Assembly (NCBI GenBank): GCA_963725795.1
Contig: CAVRZR010000003.1
Span: forward strand, 112,362-176,361
From: an uncultured Actinomycetes bacterium
Lineage (GTDB): Bacteria; Actinomycetota; Coriobacteriia; Anaerosomatales; CAVRZR01
DNA length: 64,000 nt
Direction: 5' to 3'
The position numbers and the translations under genes are program-made. Positions 50,073 through 59,205 of this stretch are shown here, piece by piece. The stretch's first letter is position 1. Each line of letters begins with the position of its first letter. A model generated the notes under the pieces. The model did no database searches and was not told the DNA's origin. It saw nothing but the letters and a program-made list of their open reading frames with translations.

Positions 50073-51731
50073 ATGCGTTTCGGGCGTTTCCATGGACCTG
50101 CTTCTCTAACCACGCTCGCGGCGATCGCGTTCGCGGCGTTCTGGCTGCTCACCGCCTCCCCAGCGCTGGCCCTCACGCCGCACGAGGCGCCTTCGGCTGA
50201 CACGTTCATATGCGCCGCCTGCCACTCATTGCACGCGGCCACGGACGCAGCACTACTTCGAGCGGCGGCCGGCCCCGACCGGATCACAGCGACGTGCGTG
50301 TCGTGTCATGCGGGCACAACGTCGGTGGCCAGCGATGTCTTCTCAGGTGAGCAGAACGCCTTCGGCCTGGGCAGCGGGCATTCGTTGGAGCCCACAGTCA
50401 CGGGGGGCGCGGAGATTCGGGGTTGCGGCACGTGCCACGATCCTCACGGGGCTAGCTCCGAGGTGCGCAACATACCGGCGAAGCGGATCAACGACGTTTC
50501 GGTGACCACGGCGGGCATCGAGCTCTGTGTAAGCTGCCATGACGCGCAGAACTCCTGGTACGGTGCCGACTACCCGTCGACGGCGCTGCCTGCTCGCGAC
50601 GCGACGGGCTATCCCACGACAGGCACGTGGCCGGGACCCGCGACCTACTCATCCGAGGCCAACCCTCACCGCCTCATCCCCGAATCCACTCAGACCGTTG
50701 GCGTGAGCGAGCCGGTTCGGCGTCAGCAGGGCGACTGTCTGTACTGCCATGCCTCGCACCGGGGACCGAATGCCTACGACGGTCTGGTCCAGTCATTCAC
50801 CGTTCCAACGACATCGACGTTGACCGCGGACCAGGCCGAGGGGTCGTACGCCGCTCTGTGCCTCAGCTGCCACGGGGAGGCCGGCGCCTCACTGCTGGGC
50901 ACGGCGGTCGCCAACATCGCGCAGTTCGCTACGGGGAGCGGAACGGCGGGACATCGGATTGAGACATCGGGTGGCCTGTTGCCTGTCGGAGCGCCGCTTC
51001 CGTGTTTCGAGTGTCACAACCCCCACGGCTCACAGCGAGGAAACGCGTCCCTGATATCGGACGAGCGGGGCGCTTCGCTTGCAACCACCGACGCCCCCAA
51101 GGTTCGCGCGTTCTGCTTCACATGCCACACGACAAGCGATTCCGGCGCTGGCTGGGACAGCGACGCGGCTACCTACACCGTGGTCGGTGACGAGCAGAAG
51201 GTCGTCGGCTTGTCTCGCACCGATGGACTCCTTCACCTGTCATCGGCCACCGGGCATGCGCAGTCCGATGCTGAGTCGTGCCACGAATGCCACGGCGACT
51301 CCTACGCGACGGGCGGAAGCAACGTCCACAACCCGGCGCCCGGCCCCGTGCTCCTGCTGACCCTGCCGGCCTCGCTCTCGAGCGAGCTGCCGACGGGCAG
51401 CGTGGATGCCACGAGCGGTCTCATAGTGGGTTCGATCGACGCGACCGCGTCTGCCGACTCTCTGGGAGCCACCGCTCCGGCACCTGCGATCGAGCCAACG
51501 GCATCGGCGTCGACTGACGCCAGTGCGACGCCCGAGTCTATCGTAGGCAGTCCGTCGGTGGATTCGACTGGTCCGCCACCCGACAATCCACTGCCGGTTG
51601 ACCCGACTGTGCCCTTGCAGCCGGACACCTCGTTTGCACTCACGGGGACCGTAGGCGCGCTTGCGCTCTCGCGGCCTCGGCGACGGTCTTCGCGCGACGA
51701 ACACGACGAGGCCGACCCTCCGGCACCCTAA
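50073..51731 (+). CDS. Secreted multiheme c-type cytochrome (9 CxxCH) with Ser/Thr/Pro-rich tail
   Basis: ORF 49980..51731. ATG 50073 gives a signal peptide (..ASPALALTP). Heme motifs are CAACH, CVSCH, CGTCH, CVSCH, CLYCH, CLSCH, CFECH, CFTCH and CHECH. The C-terminus reads FALTG, then a short hydrophobic stretch, then RPRRR. Confidence 0.8.
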   Translation: MRFGRFHGPASLTTLAAIAFAAFWLLTASPALALTPHEAPSADTFICAACHSLHAATDAALLRAAAGPDRITATCVSCHAGTTSVASDVFSGEQNAFGLGSGHSLEPTVTGGAEIRGCGTCHDPHGASSEVRNIPAKRINDVSVTTAGIELCVSCHDAQNSWYGADYPSTALPARDATGYPTTGTWPGPATYSSEANPHRLIPESTQTVGVSEPVRRQQGDCLYCHASHRGPNAYDGLVQSFTVPTTSTLTADQAEGSYAALCLSCHGEAGASLLGTAVANIAQFATGSGTAGHRIETSGGLLPVGAPLPCFECHNPHGSQRGNASLISDERGASLATTDAPKVRAFCFTCHTTSDSGAGWDSDAATYTVVGDEQKVVGLSRTDGLLHLSSATGHAQSDAESCHECHGDSYATGGSNVHNPAPGPVLLLTLPASLSSELPTGSVDATSGLIVGSIDATASADSLGATAPAPAIEPTASASTDASATPESIVGSPSVDSTGPPPDNPLPVDPTVPLQPDTSFALTGTVGALALSRPRRRSSRDEHDEADPPAP

Positions 51732-51935
51732 CGGAGGGCCCGCGTTGTCGCCGCCCGGGCGCTGCCCGAAGACGCGGTCAGTGGCGCGTCCGTGGACAGA
51801 GCCGAGCTTCTCTTCCAGCATTAGAGCGCGTAACGTCGCTGCTATGGCACGAGCCGACTTCATCCGGACCAATCGCGCGCCGAGGAACCTCGCCGCATCC
51901 GCGCGCGCCATCCGCTCGATTCCCCTGGCCGCTCG

Positions 51936-52475
51936 ATGACGTCAGGGACGCCGTCCGAGCCAACAGAGACGTTCGCCCGCGTCAGGGTCGACGACCTGAT
52001 GCAGCGTGGCTACGAATACGCACTCGTCGCGCCCGCTGGCCGCGATTTCGATCCCCGCTTCCAGCCGGAGCTCACGCCCTTGGAGATGCTGCGCCTCGGC
52101 GTCTTCGGCGGCAAGTACCTGACCGACTGCGCCGAGGAGTTCCCGGAAGAGTGGTTCGCTCAGGCGAGGCTCTGTCACGAGGAGCACGTGCCCGAACTGA
52201 ACTACTTTGGCGTGAACGCGAGTCTGCCACTGTCCGAATGGCGCCGTCGCGGCTGGATCCACCCGGACGATCCGCGCGGTTGGTTCCAGTGGTACTGCCG
52301 CTACTGGATGGGGCGGCGGTTGCCGGGGGAGGACGATCGCCAGATCGGCAGATGGCGGGCGTTCAGGCGCCACCTGGCCCAGCTTCAGCGAAACTGCCCG
52401 CCGATGGTCGAGGAGTGCCGGCCCAGGCAGCGCCAAGCGCTCCTGAACTGGGCCTACGACAGCCGGCGGATCTAA
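51936..52475 (+). CDS. Conserved-looking hypothetical protein
   Basis: ORF 51936..52475. Trp/Arg-rich globular composition (WFQWYCRYWMGRR). No family recognised. Confidence 0.45.
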   Translation: MTSGTPSEPTETFARVRVDDLMQRGYEYALVAPAGRDFDPRFQPELTPLEMLRLGVFGGKYLTDCAEEFPEEWFAQARLCHEEHVPELNYFGVNASLPLSEWRRRGWIHPDDPRGWFQWYCRYWMGRRLPGEDDRQIGRWRAFRRHLAQLQRNCPPMVEECRPRQRQALLNWAYDSRRI

Positions 52476-52531
52476 CCGCGCCGGCCGGTGCGAGAGTCTC
52501 TCGGGTTGCCGCCTTGCCCGGCATTCTCACG

Positions 52532-53516
52532 CTAGGACGCCGAGGAGTCTCCCGAGAGCTGCTCGTCGCGAGCTAGAACGCGTCTGCGGTCGCGAGCCAG
52601 GACCGGTGTCGTTGCGAAGAGCAGGTCGTTCTCGAAGCTGACGCGCTCCATGAGCGCAAGTTCGCGGGCTATCGTGGTCGAGTTCGCGATCACCTCGGGA
52701 CTCTCCACGTTCAGATCGTGCAGGTCCACCCCGTCGAGCTTGCCCTTCTTCTTGGCGTGCACGTACGTCTTCCACATCGCCTGCCGGATGCGTGGAAGCG
52801 TGCTCGGCCGCCGCAAGGCCTCCATGATATCGCGTCCGGATGACCTCCAGCTGCTCGACGTCCGGCCGCTTCGGCAGTCCCGCTAGCTCGCGGCCGATCC
52901 TATCTGCGAGGGGGCGATCGATCTCCTGAACGACGAATTTGAGCACGTGCCAGGCTTCATAGAGTCCCGCCGCCGAAGACACCGGGCGCGCCTTCAACCA
53001 CATCCATGCATGCATCCTCCGACGCCAATCCCACCACTTCACGGGACTCGCCAGGGCTTCGTCAGGGATGAGGAACCAGCCGCTGTCCAACAGCAGCGCG
53101 CCGAAGACACCCGCGCCGGACTCCGCTTGCCGACGACGACCTACCTGCGCTTTCGCCAGCCCGCACGAGGGGGACGACTCCTTCACTATCACGGCCTGCA
53201 CTCGTGCACGCACGAGCGCATCCATGGCCGCGTGTGCGCCGGCGACGAGCTGCTCGGAGACGTCTCGCCCGTGTCGATTTCGCACACCCGCCTCTCCTGC
53301 CAGCACGAGGTGTCCCGGTCCCGTCAGGTGAATCGGCTCTCTGGGCACGCCAAGACCGGCCAGGCATTCGGGGCAGACCGGCGTGAACACGTAGTCGGAG
53401 ACCTCGCGCCCGAGGGCCGAGACGGCGTCGAAAGCACGGCCGTTGTAGCGAACGGGGCATCGGTAGACGCACGCCGAGATGCCAAGCCGGATCTTGTCGG
53501 TGAGGATACCCGGCAT
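52532..53516 (-). CDS. DUF523 (TudS-like) plus DUF1722 fusion protein, one frame disruption
   Basis: The DUF523 part is in ORF 52527..53546(-) (LGISACV, VRYNG, PVCPECLAGLGVPREP, KESSPSCG). The DUF1722 tail is in ORF 52532..52825(-). The junction is near 52825-52835. Confidence 0.65.
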
Positions 53517-53530
53517 CGCTCCGATCCCCC

Positions 53531-54361
53531 TTAGGTTCCCATCCATCGGCGATGGAAGAACCGCATCATGAACTGCCCGCCGAAGACGCGTCGCGCACGC
53601 ACGATGGGACGAGCGTACGCGGCCACGGGGTAGCGCAGGCGGTCGCTCTCGTCGTCGATAGCGGATGCAACTTCGAGGGCCGAGGCCTCTGGCGTGGTGC
53701 GATCGGAGATCTTCGTCTCGAATGCCCGCATCGCGCGCAGGTACGGCCGATACGCGCCCGATCCACCCACGTCCGCGTCGTCCTCAGGGAGTGCCTTCGC
53801 CCAGATGTCGGTCTGCACGAAGCCCGGTTCGATCGCTTTGACGCGGATGCCGAAAGGCTTGAGCTCGTGCCAGAGGCCCTCCGATATGCCCTCGAACGCC
53901 CACTTCGTCGAGTTGTATACGGCGAAGAACGGGAAGGTCATCGTACCGCCGAGGGAGGTCACGTTCGCAAGCGTGCCACTGCCGCGCTCGCGCATGGCCG
54001 GAAGCAGGCCGCGGATGAGTTCGAGCTGGCCGAACAGATTGATCCGGTAGATGCGTTCTAACTCCTCGGCGGGCACGTCTTCGATGGCCCCGAACTGCAC
54101 GATCCCCGCGTTGCTGACGAGCACGTCGGGGCATCCACGCCCTGCGAGCACGCGCCCCGCGAGACTCGCGGCATCGCCGCGTACGGACAGGTCCATGTGC
54201 TCGAGTGCAACGCGACTGTCCAGCCCGTGCGGGCGCGACGAAACGTCGCGGACCGTGCCGATCACATCCCAGCCACGCTCTGCGTAGAGATTCGCGCAGG
54301 CCCGACCGATGCCGCTCGACACACCGGTGATGAGGATGCTCGGCACGCGTTCTCCTGACAT
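53531..54361 (-). CDS. Short-chain dehydrogenase/reductase (SDR)
   Basis: ORF 53531..54376(-). Motifs ITGVSSGIGRA, NAGI and YNSTKWAFEG. Confidence 0.85.
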   Translation of the reverse strand: MSGERVPSILITGVSSGIGRACANLYAERGWDVIGTVRDVSSRPHGLDSRVALEHMDLSVRGDAASLAGRVLAGRGCPDVLVSNAGIVQFGAIEDVPAEELERIYRINLFGQLELIRGLLPAMRERGSGTLANVTSLGGTMTFPFFAVYNSTKWAFEGISEGLWHELKPFGIRVKAIEPGFVQTDIWAKALPEDDADVGGSGAYRPYLRAMRAFETKISDRTTPEASALEVASAIDDESDRLRYPVAAYARPIVRARRVFGGQFMMRFFHRRWMGT

Positions 54362-54436
54362 CGGTGACGGGAACAATGATAGTGCTAGCTGGGCGGGGCT
54401 GGCTCTGCGTCGGCCGGGGGCGGCGGAAGGAGTGCT

Positions 54437-55864
54437 GTGAAGATCGCAGTCATCGGCGGCGGCATCGGCGGCATCGGCGCGGCGTGGCTGCTGTCGCCGT
54501 CACACGAGGTCGACGTGTACGAAGCCGAGGCGATGCTCGGTGGGCACACGCGCACGATCGACGTCGACTGCGGGGCCGGGCCGTTTCCGGTCGACACGGG
54601 CTTCCAGGTGTTCAACCGGCGAACATACCCGAACCTCACCCGCTTCTTCGAGCATCTGGGCATCGATGCTGCCGACGCCGACATGTCCTTCTCCGTTCAG
54701 GTCCGAGACGCCGGGATCGAGTGGAGTGGGACGAACCTGGACACGGTGTTCGCGCAGCGCAAGAACGTCGCGAACCCGAAGTTCCTACGCATGCTCAGCG
54801 ACGTGCTCCGACTGTCTCGCGATGCCGACCGACTTCTCGCTGACCCCACGGTCGCCGAACTCACGCTCGGCCAGCTCATGAAGCGCGAGGGGTACTCGGA
54901 CGCGTTCACTGACTGGTATCTCATCCCGATGGGCGACGCGATCTGGTCGACGCCACCGGGCGACATGCTCGACTACCCTGCGATCACCTTCCTGCGCTTC
55001 TGCGACAACCACGGCCTTCTCCACGTTCGCGGCAAACCGATGTGGCTGTCGGTTCGCGGCGGCGCGCGACGCTATGTGGAGGCGGCGGCCCGCTCTTTCT
55101 CCGGGGAGGTCTTCACGAACGAGGCCGTCGAGCGCGTGGAGCGAACAGCGACTGGCGTGCGCGTGGTCAGCCCCGCTCGCACGCACGACTACGATCTCGT
55201 CGTGCTCGCGACCCATCCGCCCGAGACGCGCGCGATCCTGGGCGAGGAGATGACTCCGAGCGAGCGCGCGATCCTCGGCGCATTCAACTACTGGCCCAAT
55301 GACGTCGTGATCCACACAGACGAGTCGTTCATGCCAAAGGCGCGGCGCGCGTGGGCGTCCTGGAACTGGTACTCGGAAACAAGCGATATGCAGAAGGCGA
55401 TGCTCATGCTCACGTACCGCTTCAACTCCTTGCAGGAGCTGCCCCCGGACGCACCAACCGTCCTGGAGACGCTGAATCGCGACCGGGACCCGGCAGAGGG
55501 CACGTTGCTCGCGGAACTCTCGTTCCAACACCCGATGTACTCGCGCGATGCGGTCGTCGCGCAGACGAGACTGCCGACGATCCAGGGCGCCGACCGCATC
55601 TTCTACGCGGGGGCGTGGACGCGCTACGGGTTTCACGAGGACGGGATGCTTTCCGGCGTGCGCGTGGCCGAGGCGCTCGGAGCGTCGATCCCGTGGGGCG
55701 AGGAACTGGACTCCACGCGGACGCGTCCCAAGCCGGGAGCGCCGGTGCCGATGCTCGGTCAGACACGGAAGCTACGCGACAGCGAGATGCTCCCGCCGGC
55801 CGAGGAAGAGCTGCCACGGGTCGCTGCGACCGCGCTCGAGCCCGGGATCGAGCCCCGTGGCTGA
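54437..55864 (+). CDS. NAD/FAD-binding amine-oxidase-like oxidoreductase (COG2907 type, cfa-cluster partner)
   Basis: ORF 54437..55864. Motifs KIAVIGGGIGGIGAAW and EAEAMLGGHT. GTG start after GGAAGGAG. Confidence 0.75.
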   Translation: MKIAVIGGGIGGIGAAWLLSPSHEVDVYEAEAMLGGHTRTIDVDCGAGPFPVDTGFQVFNRRTYPNLTRFFEHLGIDAADADMSFSVQVRDAGIEWSGTNLDTVFAQRKNVANPKFLRMLSDVLRLSRDADRLLADPTVAELTLGQLMKREGYSDAFTDWYLIPMGDAIWSTPPGDMLDYPAITFLRFCDNHGLLHVRGKPMWLSVRGGARRYVEAAARSFSGEVFTNEAVERVERTATGVRVVSPARTHDYDLVVLATHPPETRAILGEEMTPSERAILGAFNYWPNDVVIHTDESFMPKARRAWASWNWYSETSDMQKAMLMLTYRFNSLQELPPDAPTVLETLNRDRDPAEGTLLAELSFQHPMYSRDAVVAQTRLPTIQGADRIFYAGAWTRYGFHEDGMLSGVRVAEALGASIPWGEELDSTRTRPKPGAPVPMLGQTRKLRDSEMLPPAEEELPRVAATALEPGIEPRG

Positions 55865-56651
55865 CGCGCGAGCAGACGGCGCGGAGATGCGAAGCCGGCT
55901 CTACTCCGGGTGGCTCAGGCACGAACGGACGCGCCCGGCGCGCAACTCGTTCCGCTACGCGATCTACTACCTGTGGCTCGATCTCGACGAGCTCGAGGAC
56001 GTGGACGCCAGGCTGAGGTGGTTCTCCCACAACAGAGGCAACCTCCTATCCTTCTGGGATCGCGATCATGGCGCTCGCGACGGCTCCCCGCCGCGGCCGT
56101 GGATCGACGCCCTCGTCGCTCGGGCCGGTGTCGACCTCACCGACGGCCGCGTGATGCTGTTGACGTTCCCGCGCGTGCTCGGTGCCCGGTTCTACCCCGT
56201 CTCGTTCTGGTACTGCTTCGGCGCGGACGGAACACCGCTCGCAGTGCTCGCCGAAGTCCACAACACGCACCGCGACAGGCACAATTACCTGCTCCACAAC
56301 CACGGGCGGCCATTCGACTGGAACTCGCGGCCGACGGCGACGAAGGCGTTCTACGTGTCGCCATTCGTCCCTCGCGAGGACGTCGTGCACGAGTTCAGAC
56401 TGTCGGATCCTGGCGACGAGATCGCGATCACGATCCGCGACATCGTGTCGGGCTCGCCGATGCTCACGGCGGCACTGACGCTCGCGTCGGAGGAGCTCAC
56501 CGACGCGAACCTGCTGCGACAGGTGATTCGCCACGGGCCCATCAGCGTCGTCGGCCTCATCAGAATCCACTGGCAGGCGCTCCGACTCGCCGCCAAGCGG
56601 GTACCTTTCTTCTCACACACACCACCACCCGCCGAGGAAACCTCGTTGTGA
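55857..56651 (+). CDS. DUF1365 family protein
   Basis: In-frame GTG 55857 (or ATG 55887) in ORF 55548..56651. Motifs SRLYSGWLRHERTRPARNSFRY and YLWLDLDEL. Confidence 0.75.
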   Translation: MADARADGAEMRSRLYSGWLRHERTRPARNSFRYAIYYLWLDLDELEDVDARLRWFSHNRGNLLSFWDRDHGARDGSPPRPWIDALVARAGVDLTDGRVMLLTFPRVLGARFYPVSFWYCFGADGTPLAVLAEVHNTHRDRHNYLLHNHGRPFDWNSRPTATKAFYVSPFVPREDVVHEFRLSDPGDEIAITIRDIVSGSPMLTAALTLASEELTDANLLRQVIRHGPISVVGLIRIHWQALRLAAKRVPFFSHTPPPAEETSL

Positions 56652-57913
56652 CGGTCGACAGTCACACAAACGGCACGTCAGTGAATGCGGACGATACAGC
56701 CGCACCGCCGCGCCGACCGCAGCTCACCTGGCTCGTCGCGGAGGCCATCCTGCGGCGTGCCATACGCGCCGGCGAGCTTACTATCGCCACTCCCGATGGA
56801 CAGGAACGTGGGTTCCGCGGTCCCGAACCCGGGCCGGTCGCTCTCGTCGAGGTTCGCGATACCGCCTTCGCGAAGCGTCTCCTCGCCGGCGCAAGCATCG
56901 CGCTGGCCGAGGGCTATATGGCGGGCTCGTGGGACACGCCCGACCTCGATGCTGTGCTCGACCTGGGTCTAGAGAATATCTCCCGCGGCTCGCTCTCGCG
57001 TGCGCCGGTCGCGCTGCGCCCACTCCAACGACTCTGGCACCTCATGCGCGACAACAGCCCCCGGGGCGGGGCGAGGCGCAACATCGCCTACCACTACGAC
57101 CTCGGCAACGACTTCTACAGGCTCTGGCTCGACGATACGATGACCTACTCGTCGGCGTGTCTCGCTGAAACCGGCGACTCCCAGAGCACCTTGTCGGCCG
57201 AGGATCTCGCGTGCGCACAGCGCCGAAAATGGGACCGCGTTCTCGAGCTCATACAGCCCGATAGCGGCGATCACGTCCTCGAGATCGGCTGCGGCTGGGG
57301 CGGCTTCGCCATGCACGCGGCGCGAGAGGCGGGGTGCCGGGTGACCGGACTCACGCTGTCAGAGGAGCAGGCTGACTTCGCGCGGCGTCAGGTGCGGGAG
57401 CAGGGCCTCGATGGCCGGGTCGACATCCGCCTGCAGGACTATCGCGAGGTCGAGGGCGTCTACGACGCGATCGCTTCGATCGAGATGTTCGAGGCGGTGG
57501 GCGAGAAGTGGTGGCCGACCTTCTTCGGCCGCGTGAAGGAGTTGCTTGATCGCGGAGGCGCCGCGGGGCTGCAGACGATCACCATCGCCGAAGATCGGTT
57601 CGAGAGCTACAGACGTCGCGCCGACTTCATCCAGCGCTACATCTTCCCCGGAGGCATGCTCCCCAGTCCGGAGCGGTTTCGGGCGGCTGCGCAAGCGGCG
57701 GGGCTCGCCGTCGGCGACCCGCACTTCTTCGGCCGCGACTACGCTCGAACGCTACGGGCGTGGAGCGATGGCTTCGAGAGCGCGCTTCCTGACGTGAAGG
57801 CGCTCGGCTTCGACGAGCGGTTCATCCGTATGTGGCGCTACTACCTCGCGTACTGCCGCACCGGCTTCGAGCACGGAGCGATCGACGTCATGCAGGTCCG
57901 GATGGAGCCCTGA
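56648..57913 (+). CDS. cfa: Cyclopropane-fatty-acyl-phospholipid synthase family methyltransferase
   Basis: GTG 56648 overlaps the upstream TGA, inside ORF 55910..57913. Motifs NIAYHYDLGNDFYRLWLDDTMTYSSA, VLEIGCGWGGFA, SIEMFEAVG, FIQRYIFPGG. Confidence 0.85.
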   Translation: MTVDSHTNGTSVNADDTAAPPRRPQLTWLVAEAILRRAIRAGELTIATPDGQERGFRGPEPGPVALVEVRDTAFAKRLLAGASIALAEGYMAGSWDTPDLDAVLDLGLENISRGSLSRAPVALRPLQRLWHLMRDNSPRGGARRNIAYHYDLGNDFYRLWLDDTMTYSSACLAETGDSQSTLSAEDLACAQRRKWDRVLELIQPDSGDHVLEIGCGWGGFAMHAAREAGCRVTGLTLSEEQADFARRQVREQGLDGRVDIRLQDYREVEGVYDAIASIEMFEAVGEKWWPTFFGRVKELLDRGGAAGLQTITIAEDRFESYRRRADFIQRYIFPGGMLPSPERFRAAAQAAGLAVGDPHFFGRDYARTLRAWSDGFESALPDVKALGFDERFIRMWRYYLAYCRTGFEHGAIDVMQVRMEP

Positions 57914-57936
57914 GCCGTCCTACCCGCTCGCGTGCG

Positions 57937-59083
57937 TCATGGTGTCGTAGGAGCCGCGGCAACCGCAATGCCGACGACGCTTCCAGCAGGCGCGGCCGAT
58001 GTGGCGACCGGCAGCTGCGCGAAGACAGTCCCCGCGGGCGTCGAGCTGCTTTCCTGCGAGACGATCTGCACGGTGAATCCTGCTGTCTCGAGAGCTGCCG
58101 TTGCGTCCGTCTCGGTCTTGCCGACGACGTTCGGAACCGCGAACGTTCGCAGAGACCGGCTCCGCGGGTTCCTTGCCGAGCGAGACCGCGACCGCCACCG
58201 CTGAGCCCGCGGCTGCTGTGGAGCCGCCCGCCGGGAGTTGCTCGATCACGATTCCCTTCGAGACGGTGTCGCTGTACTGCCGGTACACCGTGGCCTTGAG
58301 CCCGGCTGAGCTCATCGCGGACACGGCGTCGGCTTCCTTCTTGCCGACCACCTTCGGCACGGTGACGGCGCCGGTGCCCTTGCCGAGGGACACTGCGATT
58401 GCCACCTCGGTGCCCAGCCCGACCTTCGACCCCTTCTTGGGAGTCTGAGCGATCACGACACCCTTGGCAGTCGTGTTCGAGTACACGCTGTACGCTTTGG
58501 CCTTGAGCCCGGCGGACTCGATCGCGTTCTCAGCATCGGCTTGCTTCTTGCCGGCGACGTCGGGGACGGCGACCTTCTCGGCGGCCTTGCCCTTCGAGAC
58601 CTGTATCAGTACTTGCGCGCCCGCGTTTAGCACCGCGCCGGACGCAGGCGATTGCGCCATGACCGAACCGGCGGCGACGGTCTCGCTGTTCGACTCTATG
58701 GCCACGGGCACCAGCGCGAGCGTTGTGAGGATGCTTTCGGCCTCGGCACTCGTCATGCCGCCGACGTCGGGCACGGTGATACTCGCCGCGATACCCATGT
58801 TCAGCGAGACGTTCACGAGAGAACCCTCGTCGGCCTCTGTCCCCGCAGGCGGGTTCGTTGAGACGACGTAGCCCCTGGGCACGGCGTTGGAGTAGACGAT
58901 GTTGATATCGCCAAGCAGGTAGCCCGCTTCCTGCAGCGCACGAACGGCCTCGGCTGGGGCCTTGCCCACGATGTCGGGAACCTGTGCCTTCGACCCGCAC
59001 CCCGCAAGGAACGCGGTGGCGAGAATCACGGCGATGAGCACGACCGCGCTGGCACTGCGGGAGATGCGGTGAGACGACATCAC
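57937..59083 (-). CDS. Lipoprotein made of five PASTA domains, one frame disruption before the last domain
   Basis: ORF 57920..59083(-). Lipobox LAGC and four PASTA units. A fifth unit (VPNVVGKTETDATAALETAGFTVQIVSQ...AAAPTTP) is recovered in the adjacent frame down to TGA 57937-57939. The junction is near 58135-58150. Confidence 0.7.
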
Positions 59084-59205
59084 GACCCCTCTCGTGGGCG
59101 GATCTAGCCCTTCGCCTCATCTTAGCCGTTCGGTCAGTTGTGACGCCATCGCCCACGGGCGGGGGAATGGCGGTTGAGCGGCCGCCGTCGTCCATTCCGG
59201 TGGCG

